DNA of 64,000 bases from Eledone cirrhosa (GCA_964016885.1 OZ024742.1:214272001-214336000); one strand, 5' to 3'; numbered from the stretch's first letter, positions 1 to 14,492 are shown. The notes: generated from the sequence alone by a model not told the origin. Numbers and translations are program-made.

Positions 1-2785
1 TTGACGGGAGAGGTCGTCAACACAAGGTGGTGGTTCGCCCTCAAAAGGGCAATTAAAGTAGAGTCGATTAGGTTTAGCAAAGGAGTAGTGTTAGAGGAAA
101 ATATAGTAGAGGGATAGCTAGTCAGAAAGCTAAAAGAGGCGTTTAGGACAGGCATCGCAACCGACGTGCATGCGGCGAGATTGGCACTCGACCAATTCTT
201 CAACGCAAAACACGAAGGCTGCGTTGTCAGAGCTAGAGTGCGTGCTCTGAAACACAAGGGGTCAAAAGCCGTCCAATGGGCCCGGGTGGCAGAGGCGTGA
301 CGTGGCAACAAAGCCACAATTCGGTCTTTGTCTGACCAAAACGGGTGCGTGATGCTCGAACCCGAGCGGATGTGTGAAGCTTTACAGCAGCACTTTGCTG
401 AACTGTTCGGGAGCAGCGGCGGCCCGGATCGGGGCATGGACTTCAGTGCATACCTCGACGGACTGCCTGGCTCTCATCGACCGCAGCACAGTGTTACGAA
501 AAGCCAATAACAGCCGGTGAAATACGGGAAACGATGGCTAACTGCTCGAGGGGTAAATCGCCAGGTTTGGATGGTCTGCCCCACGAGTTTTATGCATTTA
601 TGCCAGACTTGTTCGGTGACCTCTTGGCAGACGTCTACTGCAGCTGGCAGCAGAACGGGAGCATTCCAAGTTTTGTGAGCCGGGGAGCGGTGGCGCTGCT
701 GAGAAAATACCCGAACAAGGGGGATGTTATCGATAATTTCAGGCCCATAACCCTGCTAAACGTAGAGTTCAAGAGTTTGGCCAAGGTGTTAGCAACGAGG
801 TTGGCGCTTGTCGTCAAGGCCCTGGTGGGAGAGACGCAGACATGAGCCATTCCTGACAGATCCATACATGACAACCTCCACCTCATGCGATACATCATAG
901 ATAGGGTGGTTCAGGAACCTGGGACGGGTGGCGCCCTGATCAACTTGGATCAATCCAAAGCATTCGATAGGGTCGACCATCGGTACCTGGCGACGGTCTT
1001 CGAAGCAGCCGGTTTCGGCCCCGTTTTCAGGGGTTGGATCACTGCGATGTACAGCGACATCTGCTCAGTTGTGAGGGTGAAGGGTCATCTGTCGCAGCCG
1101 TTCAGCATCATGCGCTCAGTCCGTCAGGGTTATCCCCTCTCGTCCCTCTGGTACGTATTGGCTCTTGAGCCGTTACTGCACACACTGCGGGCGATGAGGG
1201 GCGTCCCTCGCGAACTAGGATACGGGAAATCCGAGTCAGCTTATGCCGACGACGTCATCGTGGTGGTGTCGAGCACCAGATACGTCCAGATGCTCGGCAC
1301 CGCTCTCAAGGAATACGAAGCGGTGACAGGAGCAAAGTTAAACCAGGAAAAGTCGGTGGGCTTGCAGCTCAGCACCTGGAGAGGCAAGTCCATGCCGTCC
1401 GATAGCGTTGTGGGGCGTTGGACGGACGGACCGGTTAAATTGCTCGGGGTCTGGTTCGGACCGGACCTCCAGATGGAGAAAAACTGGAACGAGGTTACGA
1501 GCAAGGTGGCCTCCCTCACACAGAATAGGGCCGAGAGGAAGCTGTCCCTGAAAGGCCGGGCGGAGGTGGCGAATGCGTACGTCGCATCCGTCATCTGCTA
1601 CCGCCACACCGTCGTCCCTTACGTGGACTGGGCATGCCATGGCTGATGATGCGCAAACATGCGCTGAGGCTGCGACATCTCTGGTGCTTCTTTGACGGTG
1701 AACAGGTGTGGTTGCCGTTCGCCAGGCACGTTTTCCCACAGCTCATCTCCTTGACGGAGCTGCAGTCCTGGGTCAGATAAAGACCGAGGGATAGCGCTTG
1801 GAAACTGGAATGTCTCCAGGCCCTTACTGCCCTCTGCCAGCTGGGCACCAGTATCAGTGGAACATCCACCTCGGCGTTCTATAGAGGACTAGTGGAGGGG
1901 GAAGACGACGACGTTCTCGGAGAGATCCTGGGCTTCGAAGAGCTGTTTGCTCGCTCCCGGAGAACTTTCAGCCCAGGGCCTATGGATAACTTCCAAAAAT
2001 CCCTGGCCTGGCAGTGCTACCGGGGATCGTTGCCGGCTCGAGATAAGCTCTACAGGCACGGAAGTACCGTCAACCGAGCCTGTCCTAGATGCGCGCAGAG
2101 CGACGAAACCGTCGTGCTCGCACTCGTTCTGTGCCCGAGCATTGCTGACTTGTGGAACTATGTCGAACAGTTGCTGTCGCGTGTAGGACTGATCCGGTTA
2201 TCGACTAAGTCCATTGTGCAGATGGTCTCGCCGTCTTCCTTCGAGGAGGAAGGGCAGGCGGTTTTCATCTGCCTGGTGGCCATGGTGAAAGAGATTGTGT
2301 GGTGGACAAGGTTGAAAGGGTTAAAGATCAGACACTTTCCTCTTCGGCGAATCCCGAATTAACAAGTATCACTTGAAGAGGAAAATCAGGGTGGGTGGAA
2401 AGTGCTGCCTGCTAGCAAGTTTGTTGAAAGGTGGGTGAATGTAGCGAGAATGGTCCGAGTGAACGGCACCGCTCTGAATATACGTCTGTAGTTTGAGAGA
2501 TGGAAACATTGAGAGAGGGCGCTTTCCCTGGTGGTCAGGGTGGCCGTGGTCTTTTGTGTGGTTTTCGCCGCAAGTAACCCTCGGAGGTTTCCCCCATATT
2601 GGGGAATTTCTCATTGTTTAATTTTCATTTTTATTGTTTATGTATATATATATATGTCTCTATGTCTTTTTTTCTTTTCTTATATAAATAATAAAAATAT
2701 TTACACTCACTAAACCCACACCGTACCGTCCTGTACCGTCCTGTGGCGTCCTGTAATGTTTTTCTTGATGTCAGCCCTTGTGGCC
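1..2785 (+). mobile_element. Tx1/L1-clade non-LTR retrotransposon, decayed ORF2 (RT, C-terminal Zn finger) and 3' UTR; runs off the window start
   Basis: Broken ORFs carry KSPGLDG, NFRPITLLN, LDQSKAFDRVDH, VRQG, YADD and CPRC..ETV motifs; the 3' UTR ends CCCTTGTGG like the other copies. More diverged than the copies at 3717, 40340 and 49681. Confidence 0.93.
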
Positions 2786-2960
2786 GGCAGTATCGGTAGA
2801 GAGTCGCACACCATGCTTTCCAGCATAGTTACGTCCCTTTACGGTCTGAGTTCAACTCCCGCCGAGGTTTAATATGCCTTTCATTCTTACGGGGTCGATA
2901 AAATAAAGTACCAGTAATACACTGGGATAATTGCTGGCCTTGTGCCTAAAGTAGAAACAA
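2786..2960 (+). mobile_element. tRNA-derived SINE (family S1), head slightly truncated
   Basis: A-box-like GGCAGTATCGG, B-box GAGTTCAACTCC, body GCCTTTCATTCTTACGGGGTCGATAAAATAAAGTACC, (ATT)n tail; more than 10 copies in the window. Confidence 0.9.
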
Positions 2961-2989
2961 TTATTATTATTATTATTATTAGTAGTAGT

Positions 2990-3055
<66 letters not shown>
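2960..3055. repeat. (ATT)n microsatellite shared as SINE tail and Dong-like tail/target
   Basis: Direct reading. Confidence 0.95.
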
Positions 3056-3690
3056 GTTCTTTGAGGCTCAGTCATTGATGTTAGTTAACTGGAAAGTTTG
3101 TTGAAATGAATATCAAGCCACTACCTGCAGCCCCAGATATTCAGGACGTATCGGAGGGTTATTGCTGTTCCCAGCAAGCATGTCTTTTGAAGCGTTCCAA
3201 AAAGTGTGGCGGGGCCAATTTTCTTTAACCACCCCTGGAAACGTGTTGAGAAAGTCCCTAGTGCGCCTATGACAATCGGGACGACTCTGACTTCATGGCA
3301 GTCCCAAATAATTTTTACCTCCCACTTTAAGTCCTGGTATAGGTTAATTTTCTCCCTCTCCTTCTCTTGCACTCTCGTGTCGAATGGGCAGGCTACATCC
3401 ACAATCAGGCACGATCTTTTTCCCTTGTCCAAAACCACCAGGTCAGGTCTATTGTGTTCCAGTTTCTTGTCCGTCTGTATCCTAAAATGCCACAGCACCT
3501 TCATCTGATCGTTTTCTATCACCGACTCTGGCTTATGCTCATACCACTTCTCAGAATGTGGTAAATTGTTTTCTTTGCATAGGTGCCAGTGGATCACCCT
3601 GCCCATCACATCATGTCTCCAGCCTTTATAGTGAGTCTGGGCTAGGTGTTTACACTCGGATACAATGTGAGCCACAGTCCCCTCTCTCTC
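3056..3690 (-). mobile_element. R4/Dong-like RLE non-LTR retrotransposon family A, 5'-truncated
   Basis: ORF 3121-3675 has HIVSEC, RHD, RPDLVV..DVACP..K..Y and PIVIGALG; flanked on both sides by (TAA)n. Confidence 0.92.
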
Positions 3691-3932
3691 TTATTATTAT
3701 TATTATTATTATTATTGGCGAACTACGGAGTAAATCGTATCATCGTGAGCTCCGGAAAGGTTTGTTATTTTCAGTTGTTTAAAATTGCCATTTATGGAAA
3801 ATTTTTATTGTTAACTGTATATAAGTGCACATACATTGATTTCTGAAAAGGACACTCAAAAATATTGGGGTCCTTGAGCCCAAAATTTAAACTATTTATA
3901 ATTATCAAACAAAAGTTTTTCTTTGAAAAATC

Positions 3933-5879
3933 ATGGCTGACGCAGAGTCACTCCTTCCTCACAATCTAACACCTCACACCGACACCACCATTGTAAATAT
4001 TGATACGTTTGCCAACACTGAAAATGTAAGCAGTAGCAATATTTTAAATTTGTCTCAGGCAGACGTCATTTCCCGCCATTACCAATGACTGCAGGTGTTA
4101 AAGCCGCCACCACCACCACCATCGCGACAACCACCACCCGCATCACCACCACAGCGACAACAGAAACAAAAGAAAAAATAAATTAACTCGTGATATCGAA
4201 ATGAATTCAACCAAAATGAACTCTTCCACACCGAACACCACTGACGCCACCACCACCACAACTGAAACTAAAATTAACAATAGCAAAAATAAGATAACAA
4301 CAACAGCAACAATGAAATTAAGAAAACTACCCTGAGTTTTGCCAGAGTAGCAAAAACGTGCGAAGCGATCCAGGTAACTCAGGAGGAATTAGAAGAAGCC
4401 AAAGGAATGGTAAAGAAAGATGGGTACAGGGTCAGCCTCATCCCTCCCCCCACCTAATAAAATGGAGCAACGTCGCCTATGCACCGTGTCTTATCAGACA
4501 ATTAACATAAAATCGCGCCGAGTGGAACAGGCATCCGAGTCCCAAATCCAAATGCTTTGGAACATGTGTGGGCAAAAAAAAACCCACATCATACGTGGGC
4601 AGAAGTATGGAACCGTCGACGTGTTCTTTGAAACACCACAGGAGGCCAGAGAACACTCCATGGCCCCATTAAGAAGTGACGACTACCCACTCGTCCCAAG
4701 CTATTGTGGCCAGAGACTTGTGAAGATCAGGGAGACCCACGTTCCACCGGCCATCGAAATTCCCTGGCTAATGGCTGCCGTCCTCGCCGGCATCGAGGCC
4801 AACACCAAGATAATTGAAATAGCGAAAGAAAAGCAGGAGAACTGGTCCGGATCTGGGATGGAGCTCCTAATCCAAGCGGACCACAAAAGCATTGAGGAGA
4901 TCCCAGAGGTAATAGACCTCACTGACGGCAGCCACCTCACCGTAATCGTCGAGGGCAGAAGACCTAGGTGTGTCGTTTATCGAGAAGGAACCCACCTAAG
5001 GACTTTCTGCTCTCAGGCTAAAAGGTTGAGGCCACCTCTCTTACCCACCCCAGTGACTCAACCATCAACACCACCAGCAGCAGAAATGGCAGCAACAACT
5101 GTAGCAGCAACAACAGAAGCAACTGTAACAGCAACAACCCCAGCGACAGTAGCAAAACCATCACCACCACCACCCAACACCCTAGAACTAGCACCAGCGC
5201 TTACACCATCCACCAAGCCACAACCTAAACCAACGCCTGTGGAGTATTTTCCACTCCCCGGCTTATCGCAACTGGAGACAGATTGTGACGACGAGGTGTG
5301 GGAAATGGTATCAGGAAAAAAGAAAAAAAAAACAAAAATGAAAAAATTCTCTTCCTTCCCCCCTCCAAAAACAAAATACAGAGGGAAACAAATAAATTAT
5401 CAAACAAAAAATTTAGGACAGATATGCCACCATCCACACCAGCATCACCAACCCCATCACCACAAACACCAACACCATCACCATCATTAACCCCAGCACC
5501 ACCATCACCAACACCACAACATTCACCAAAAAGCGTAACAGAAACAAACCCACAACAAACGCAAACAAAACAAAACAACCAAACGATACACACTACACAG
5601 CATTAAATTTGAACAACAACCAATTATTACACTTCATCCAACACAACACCAGCATCACAGAAAAAGACTACACAACAACCCAAAAGTTCACACCTCCTCC
5701 ACACATACAAATCACTCGCATCACACAGAAAACGTACACAACACTAAAACAAAAATTCCCCAAAGACATCGGAGACTTCCGACAAACACTCTCCAGGAGA
5801 TTTAAAAGGACATCCGGAGGAGGCCACAAGCTGTGACAAGGATGGACAAATCCTCCTTTTTCTACGAGAAGTAAGGTAA
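3933..5879 (+). pseudogene. Tx1 ORF1 (gag-like: degenerate CCHC knuckle, Pro/Thr-rich linker)
   Basis: ATG at 3933; main frame 4420-5490; knuckle CVVYREGTHLRTFC reads CVVCGE in the copy near 43630; likely stop TAA at 5877-5879 shared by both copies. Confidence 0.75.
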
Positions 5880-5913
5880 GTGGTCTTTCCAATCTTTTCC
5901 ACTCCATTTCAAC

Positions 5914-8900
5914 ATGACCTCACTCAGAATAGGCAGCATAAATTCGCGTGGCTTGGGGTCGTAATGGAAGCAGGGCCACCTGCTCAACGACCTCAGGTCA
6001 CTAAACATAGATGTAGTGGCCATCAGCAAGACCAGAATCTCCGAAGCACGGGCCTTCGCACCGATCTTCGGCGGCTATGATGTGTATACATCTCCCAGCC
6101 GTCCGGGATCGGGGGGGGTGGAGCTGCAGTGCTTTTTCGGAGAGGTTTGGATCTCGCCATACGGGCCATCTTCCTGGACCCAGAAGGTAAGTTGGTGGTA
6201 CTAGACGTGACCAGCGGAGACGGGCAAGCTTTCAGGCTAGTGGCCGTCTATGCTCCGTCAGGAGCAGGGTGGCCTGATTTTTTCCGGCGTCTGGAGACCT
6301 TTCTTGGAACGTCCCGCTCTTTAGTATTAATGGGCGACTGGAACGGGATCTTAGATGCAGGCTGGGACTGTGCGGGATTAGCGGATAGGGGAGGAGGGTG
6401 CAAGAGCCTCACCAACCTGCTCAGGCGTTTTGAACTGTGTGACAGGTACCGATTGGATTTCCCGAATGTGCAATTGTGGACTTGGACAAATCGCATAGTG
6501 TCATCCAGATCATATCTAGATAGAGTACTTTGTAGAGAAATAGATAGGTCTAGCATAGGTAGGTGGTCCACAAATCAAGATAGTCAGCTACACGGACCAC
6601 AAATTCGTGATATTTGTGCTTGACTTAGATAGGCCTCATAGACGAGGACCCGGCTACTGGAAGTTAAACGCGTCATTACCAGAGACCGGATTAGCCTACA
6701 GAGACCGGATTAGCGAACTAGTTAAGCGGGCGTTGACGGGGGCCACCGTCAACAACAAGTGGTGGTTTGCTCTGAAAAGAGCAATTAGAATAGAGTCCAT
6801 TAGGTTTAGTAAGGCTTTAGCAATAGAGAAAATAGAGCAGAGGGAGAATTAGTTAGAAAATTAGACGAGGCGCTTAGCAAAGGCATCGCGACCGACGTAC
6901 TTGCGGCGAAATTGACCTTGACCAATTCTTCAATGCAAAGCACGAAGGCTGCATTGTCAGAGCTAGGGTGCGTGCTCTCAGACACGAGGGGACGAAAGCC
7001 GTTCAATGGGCCCGATTGGCGGAGGCGCGTCGTGGCAACAAAGCCACGATCCGGTTTTGGTGGACCACGACGGGCGCATGCTACTCGATCCCGGGCAAAT
7101 GTGTGAAGCTTTTCAGCGACACTTCGCTCAGATGTTCGGGGGCAGCGGCGGGCCGGATCGAAGGATGGACTTAAGTGTCTACCTCGACGACACTGCCGCG
7201 GCTCTCGGCCACTGAGGCGGAGTGTTGCGAAAAGCCGATAACAGCCGCTGAAGTACGGGAGGCAATGACTAGCTGCACTAGGGGTAAATCGCCTGGTTTT
7301 GATGGTCTGCCCTATGAACTTTACGTACAAATGCCTGACTTGTTCGGGGGCCTCTTGGAGGACGTCTACTGCAACTGGCAACAGAATGGGAGAATTCCCA
7401 GCTCTGTGAGCCGAGGAGCTGTGGCGCTGCTGAGAAAGGATCCGAACAAGGGGGATAACATAGATAATTTTAGGCCCATAACTCTGCTAAACACAGAGTT
7501 CAAGATTTTGGCCAAGGTGCTAGCAAAGAGGTGGGCACTTGTCGTTGGTGGTCTGGTGGGAGAGGCGCAGACATGCGCCATTCCCGACAGATCCATCCAC
7601 GGCAACCTCCACCTCATGCGATACATCGTAGAGAGGGTAGCTAGGGAACCTGGCACGGGTGGGTCCTTGATCAATTTAGATCACCGAAAGCTTTCGATAG
7701 GGTCGACCATCGTTACCTAGCGGCAGTCCTGAGGGCGGCTGGCTTTGGGCCCGTCTTCAGAGGCTGGATCGCTGCCATGCACAGCGACATCTGCTCTGTG
7801 GTGAGAGTGAACGGTCACCTTTAGGAATCGTTCAACATCATGCACTCGGGCCGCCAAGGATGTCCCCTCTCGTCCCTCTTGTACGTATTGACTCTCGAGC
7901 CATTACTGCACAAACTGGAGACGTTGAGGGGGGTCCCGCGCGAACTAGGATGCGGAAGATCCGTGTCAGCATATGCGGACGATGTCACCGTAGTGGTGTC
8001 GAAAGCCAAACACATCGAGGCGATCGACAATACACTAAGAGAATACGAAGCGGTGACAGGAGCAATGATCAACCAGGAAAAGTCAGTGGGCCTGCAGCTC
8101 GGCACCTGGAGAGGCAGGTCCATGCCGTCCAACAGCGTCGTCGGGCGCTGGACGGACGGACCGGTTAAATTGCTAGGGGTCTGGTTTGGTCCAGACCTCC
8201 AGACGGACAAAAACTGGGACGAGGTGACGAGCAGGGTGGCTTCTCTCACCCAGAAATGGGCCGAGAGGAAGCATACATCACGTCTGTCATCTGCTACCGC
8301 CTGACCGTCGTACCTTGTCCTAAGCCCCGCCTGACTGTGCTGGAGCGTTTGCTCTTTCGCTTTTTGTTGTCAGGCGGTCCATCTGTTGTCAAATGCTGTG
8401 GCTGATGATGCGCAGACACGCGCTCAGGCTACGACATCTCCACCTCTTCCTCGACGGAGATCAGGTGTGGTCGCGGTTTGCTAGACACGTATTTCCCCAC
8501 CTCATTTCCTTGCCGGAGCTGCAGTCCTGGGTCAAGCGAAGACCGAGAGGGAGCGCCTGGAGACTGGAATGTCTTCAGGCGCTCACAGCCCTTGACCAAT
8601 CGGGCAATGTGATCGGTGGAATCTCCACCTCGGTGTTCTATAGAGGATTAGTGGAGGGGAAGAGCGGCGACGTACTTGGGGAGAATCTAGGCGTCGACGA
8701 AAATCAACTAGCCAATCTCTTCGGAAGAACTTTCGGGCCGCGGCCTATGGACAACTTCCAGAAATCTCTGGCCTGGCAGTGCTACCGAGGAGCCTTGCCA
8801 GTTCAGGATAAACTCTACAGGCATGGAGGTGCCGTCAGCCGGGCATGTCCGAGATGCGCGCAGGGCGACGAAACCGTCCTGCACGCACTCGTCCAGTGTC

Positions 8901-9263
8901 CGAAAATTGCTGACTTGTGGGTTTATGTCGAACAGCTTCTGTCACGTGTAGGACGGATCCGGCTATCATCTGAGTCCATCGTGAGGATTGCCCCACCCTC
9001 CTCCTTTAGCCGGGAAGGGCAGGCAGTTTTTATCTGTCTGGTGGCCATGGCGAAAGACATAGTATGGTGGACACGTTTGAAAGGGCTGAAGACAAAGCAC
9101 TTACCTCTTTGGTGATGCCCTGATTGACTTTTTCAAATTTCATTTGAAAAGGAAAATCAGAGTAGAGAGGGAAGTGCTCTCTTCCCAGCATTTTGTTGAA
9201 AGATGGGTGAGAGAAGCAAGAATGGCCCGAGTGGATGGGCCTACTCTGAGTATGTATCTGTAA
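5914..9263 (+). pseudogene. Tx1 ORF2 (APE endonuclease, RT, Zn finger), multiple frameshifts
   Basis: VYAP, GDWN, SYLDR, GYWKLN, KSPG.DG, RQGCPLS, YADD and CPRCAQGDETVLH..C motifs; colinear with the 745-aa ORF at 41125-43362. Confidence 0.93.
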
Positions 9264-9974
9264 ATTAAAGGTGGAAAACTGGGAGAAGGCACTTGCCTTG
9301 GTGGTCAGGGTCACTGTGGCCTTTTACTGGGCTTTCTCCACAAATGTCCCTCCGAAGTCTCCCCCCTATTGTGGAATTTTTCATTGTTATTTTTTGTTAA
9401 ATCCTCTGTTTTTGCTTTTTACACGCAGAAATGCCCATTTGTACCGTCCTGTATTGTCCTGCACTGTCTTTAATGTCTACTTTATGTAAACACTTGTGGT
9501 TAATAAAGAAATCATTTTAAGTATTAAATTCGCAATGAAAAGTCAAACAAAGTCAAATTATTTTGATTCGCGATTGTTTCGGAGGGTTGATCATATTGAT
9601 ATATTGTGTGATCTACAGCAGTTATATAACTGTATACTATCAGAATTCATATATAGGTTCGATCAGACTGTATGGAGTTCGATCAGACTGTATGGAGTTA
9701 TGTGTATCTGTGTGTAGAAGATGTGGTGGACATGTGAGGAGGTGAGGTCGGTGTGAATGAGTGTATATATTGGTGTGTGTGTTTGTGTTTAGGGTGTAAG
9801 TGCGTGTGTGTTAGTGTGATGAGAGATAAAGTTGAAGGAGACGGTGGTTAGGGTGTTTTAGTAGTAGAAGAAATGTTAGTACGGTGGTGCGGCGGACGGT
9901 GCGGGCGTGGATGAGGGTGGCGTGGCCGAGGAGGGGTATATGTATATGTGCATATATATATATATATATATTTA

Positions 9975-10171
9975 TAACGAACGAAGTGTGGTAAGGAACC
10001 AGATGGACCATAACGCACCAGAGTACTCAATACTTAGGGTAGTAGTGTGAGTAATAGGAAAATGTTCAACTCCGACGGCAGAGTTCGAGCCGTTATGACG
10101 GCTATTTCTGGACTATTTCTGAGTCCAGAAATAGCCGTCGAAATGGCTTGAGCTCTGGGGTTGAACATTTT

Positions 10172-10174
<3 letters not shown>
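9975..10174 (-). repeat. Fold-back mini-element family P1 (about 120-bp hairpin plus 80-bp tail), probably a Penelope-like pLTR remnant
   Basis: Inverted repeat 10056-10174; tail is nearly identical to 34937-35022; flanked by (TA)n. Confidence 0.75.
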
Positions 10175-10237
<63 letters not shown>

Positions 10238-10503
10238 TAGATATATATATATACATATGTATATGTGTCTGTGTGTGAATATATGTAAGTATATGTGTGT
10301 GAGCACATGTGCATGCATGTGTAAATATATGGGTATGTATGAACTAGAATATGTATATGGGCTGTATATATGTTTACATGTAGGGAAGTAAAGATGTGAG
10401 CTAGCACGATCACCCCCCCTCTCGCAAACCAATATCAACAACATACATTTCTATCTACAAATATTCTAAAACTAACCTTATTTTTCTGTTTCCTGTCATG
10501 ACA

Positions 10504-10585
<82 letters not shown>

Positions 10586-10635
10586 GTATAGGATTATCCA
10601 AGATGCAGTGATGGTTAATTACTACACTAGATATG

Positions 10636-10711
10636 GTGTTCTGCAAATACTTGTGAATTTGCACGTAGCGGAACTAGGCTGCAGTACCACCGTGGAAACA
10701 CTTGTAAGCAC
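10636..10711 (+). ncRNA. Degenerate hammerhead-like motif
   Basis: Stem I GTGTT/AGCAC and GAAACACTTGTA (GUA site), but the core reads CTGCAAA; the 3' half resembles 12140-12156. Confidence 0.35.
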
Positions 10712-10822
10712 ACGGAATAAACTACCTTTTTATGATGTCTACCTGTTATTATTCATTCTTTATATATATATATATATATAAATGTATATATATATAAAAA
10801 TCAGATTACAATAATCTATTTG

Positions 10823-10932
<110 letters not shown>

Positions 10933-10977
10933 TTATATATATATATATATAAAAATCAGATTACTATAAACTATTTG

Positions 10978-11050
<73 letters not shown>

Positions 11051-11085
11051 GATACATATATATATATATATATACATATATATAA

Positions 11086-11133
11086 TTTCAGAAGACCCCG
11101 TTCAGGGTGAAAGCAAGCGATTCTTTGCTTAAA
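11086..11133 (+). ncRNA. Type I hammerhead-like fold with CAGAAGA core
   Basis: TTT-CAGAAGA-C-CCC(GTTCA)GGG-T-GAA-AGCAAG(CGATTC)TTTGCT-T-AAA; CUU site; stem I only 3 bp. Confidence 0.55.
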
Positions 11134-11147
11134 CTTTAATCTTTTTA

Positions 11148-11217
<70 letters not shown>

Positions 11218-11699
11218 AAAGAGAGAAAGAATATGATAAGCGTGCGTGTGCATCAACACCTGCCTCCATTTATTTCTGTAAGGTTTCACCTCTGATATTG
11301 ATGCACCTGTGTAAATCTGGAATATAAACTGAAACGAACATAAGTGGCTGACATCTCTTCCGTGTAAAACCTGTCGATATAACATCTGCGACTTGTTTAC
11401 GTAGTTTTAACTACTTTAAAATAACATAACTCAGATATACTATTATTACACATAGATGAGAGACGAATAAAGTGGGTATTATTAGAATGAATGATACATT
11501 GATAGACATATTTATATACAAAGGCGCGCAAATACGCACATACATACACACAGATTATATGCACACACACATATATGATTGTATGTTTGTGTATGCACAC
11601 ATATGCACACTCATACATATGCACACACATACGCACTCACACACTCTTTCTTTCTCTCTCTCCACACAAACACACACACATGCACACACGCACACACAC

Positions 11700-11748
<49 letters not shown>

Positions 11749-11901
11749 CACGCAAGGGCATATATTTATATTAGAATGAATATCATATTTGTATATACTT
11801 ACATTTATATACATTTGTGCGTATGCATTTATTTATGTTGTGTTGATTATGACAGCTAGTGCAGTCATAGGTTTGTGTTATCCCACGCATACACACGCAT
11901 G

Positions 11902-11949
<48 letters not shown>

Positions 11950-12108
11950 CATACACCTATATACATACCTTTTAATATGAATGTAATCTCTAAGTGTGTA
12001 CTGCCACTCTAAATGCTGTAATGAATGTTGACCCACAATATTTGCATATGTATCTGTATGTCTCTTGGGTGAAAAGGAGGTCATATAACTATCCATTCAT
12101 TAATAAAT

Positions 12109-12155
12109 TGCTCCGAAGAATCCAAACCTCGGTTTGGAGGAAACAGTTGTAAGCA
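12109..12155 (+). ncRNA. Minimal type I hammerhead-like fold with CCGAAGA core
   Basis: TGCT-CCGAAGA-A-TCCAAAC(CTCG)GTTTGGA-G-GAAA-CAGTTGTA-AGCA; GUA site. Confidence 0.65.
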
Positions 12156-13707
12156 CAAAAATGTTTTGAACAGTTCTTTGATTCTTATATTTCATATATT
12201 TCATATTTCATACATACACCTATATATATATATGGTGTGTAATATGATGCTTGAAAATATATAAGAGAATTCCGAATGTAACCGACAATTCCGGTTGGAC
12301 GTAAAAAATATTAGGATGATCATTCCAATGATTTTTGAAAAATTATATCTCAAATGGCGTCTGTGATTAAAGAAACTAACACACACACACACACACACAT
12401 ACAGACACACATATATACATATGTAGTATATCAAGGGAGTGGGTGCAACAAATGTTCGTTACCAAATTCGTGGAAGCTCAATATGTTGATCACTTATGGA
12501 AAAACGCAGAGCATAATAATTTAATTTAGGTAGAAGACTTGTTGTTGTTGTTGTTGTTGTTGTTCTTCTTCTTCTTCTTCTTCTTCTTCTTGATCGTATA
12601 ACCAGTGCAGCTAAGCTCAATTTCTCAATTGGGAGAAGTAGCGCCTCAAACTATAGTGACACTCTGATATCCGACATATCCGGCTGAATTTTATCCTCCC
12701 CAGCGGCTTTGTCACATTTGCTCTCTTTAATTGCTCATGCGACGTCAGCCTCTGAAAGACTGTAAAAACGAACGGTTATAATTCAAAACATTTTATGAAT
12801 TTCTACGTCGGTTTTGATTTAACGGAAAGTAATTGCAAACATCACTAATTGGAAAATTAATGAAATCAACAAACATTGCCAGCACATATCAGAAATCTCT
12901 TCAGGAAACAATAACATCGTAGAAATATCTACGATATAGAACAACTCAAGTCCGTAATGTGACTTTCAATATAATTCTTAAGCCCAGTTACTACAACAGA
13001 ACCACACAAGCAACGTACGTTTCGTTGGTTTGGACGATCAGCTTTTTCAATTCATGCCGAAAGAGCCAGAAATAGATTAAATAAAGGAGTGAGATAGGAG
13101 AGGGGCCAAAACGGGGCCATAAAGGAAGAATAACGAGAGTAATTTAAAATATCGAAAAAGACGGTACTTCTAGAACCCGTCCTTAGCTGGATAACTTCAC
13201 CAGTTAAAGCTGCCATGTTCATCTACTCAAGGAAAAGACAGGTAACTCAATACTAAAATAGTTATAGATAATATTTTAGGACTAAATGTGTTATGAAAAA
13301 AGACAAAACAAAAAAAAGCAAATATATTCTAGGAAAAAATTATTAGATTAAGTTGCCATGGAGACCAGTTCTTTAGAAGGTGTTTCATGGCGTGGGGGAA
13401 ACGTGAAAAGAACTTCAGGGAAGAATTTAACGGTCTATGTTTGGTGAACAGATTATTCAGTATCCACAATCTTTCGTTGTTGCATAATCTGCAAACTTTG
13501 ACCCCATTTACATATGTGTTTCTCTTCAGTGTATTACACGGTATTACACTGTATTACATTTTTCGTGTAGTTTTTATAGTGTCATGAAATCTGCCCTATA
13601 TATTTATTATTTTACTGATTTAGAAAATACATAGTTGTCAGAGAGTATACACGATTTAACCGAATTTTACGTACGTTCCAAATCGATAAAATAATGATTG
13701 TTCAAAG

Positions 13708-13752
<45 letters not shown>

Positions 13753-13756
<4 letters not shown>

Positions 13757-13865
13757 TAGTTAGATAATAGGATTCACATTCGTGATTTTGTGAGTTTGGT
13801 TCGAATCCCGGACCAGACGATGCGTTATGTCCTTGAGCAAGACACTTTATTTCACGTTGCTCCTT
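13753..13865 (+). mobile_element. tRNA-derived SINE family S2 (CORE-like), decayed
   Basis: B-box GGTTCGAATCC followed by TGTCCTTGAGCAAGACACTTTATTTCACGTTGCTCC; related to 62524-62800. Confidence 0.65.
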
Positions 13866-14077
13866 CTACCTGGACTTGCAACCGATAGATAGTATTAGCA
13901 ACTGGAAAGACCAATGGAATCATTGTTTCCTCGGTCCAATTTGACGAGCTCCATCCCACTCATTGAGCGAATGAGGTCTGGGATCTTGTCGATCGACTCC
14001 TATACTACACACACACACACACATACATACATACACACGCATACACACACACACATATATATAGATATACATATAAG

Positions 14078-14492
<415 letters not shown>

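Larger units (their letters stand above)
3717..9511 (+). mobile_element. Near full-length Tx1/L1-clade LINE (5' UTR, ORF1, ORF2, 3' UTR), inactivated by frameshifts
   Basis: Starts directly after (TTA)n; two-ORF layout; ends TTGTGGTTAATAAAGAAA. Confidence 0.93.

Noticed and set aside
635-1869. Antisense ORFs over Tx1 ORF2, recurring at 7366, 7821 and 41150-43033
   Set aside because: They recur only because the sense RT sequence is conserved and GC-rich; no independent motifs.
2786-2860. tRNA gene-like A and B boxes
   Set aside because: These are SINE heads that continue into the SINE body; no complete cloverleaf seen.
12430-13715. Possible old mariner-like remnant
   Set aside because: Only faint peptide resemblance; no convincing TIR pair.
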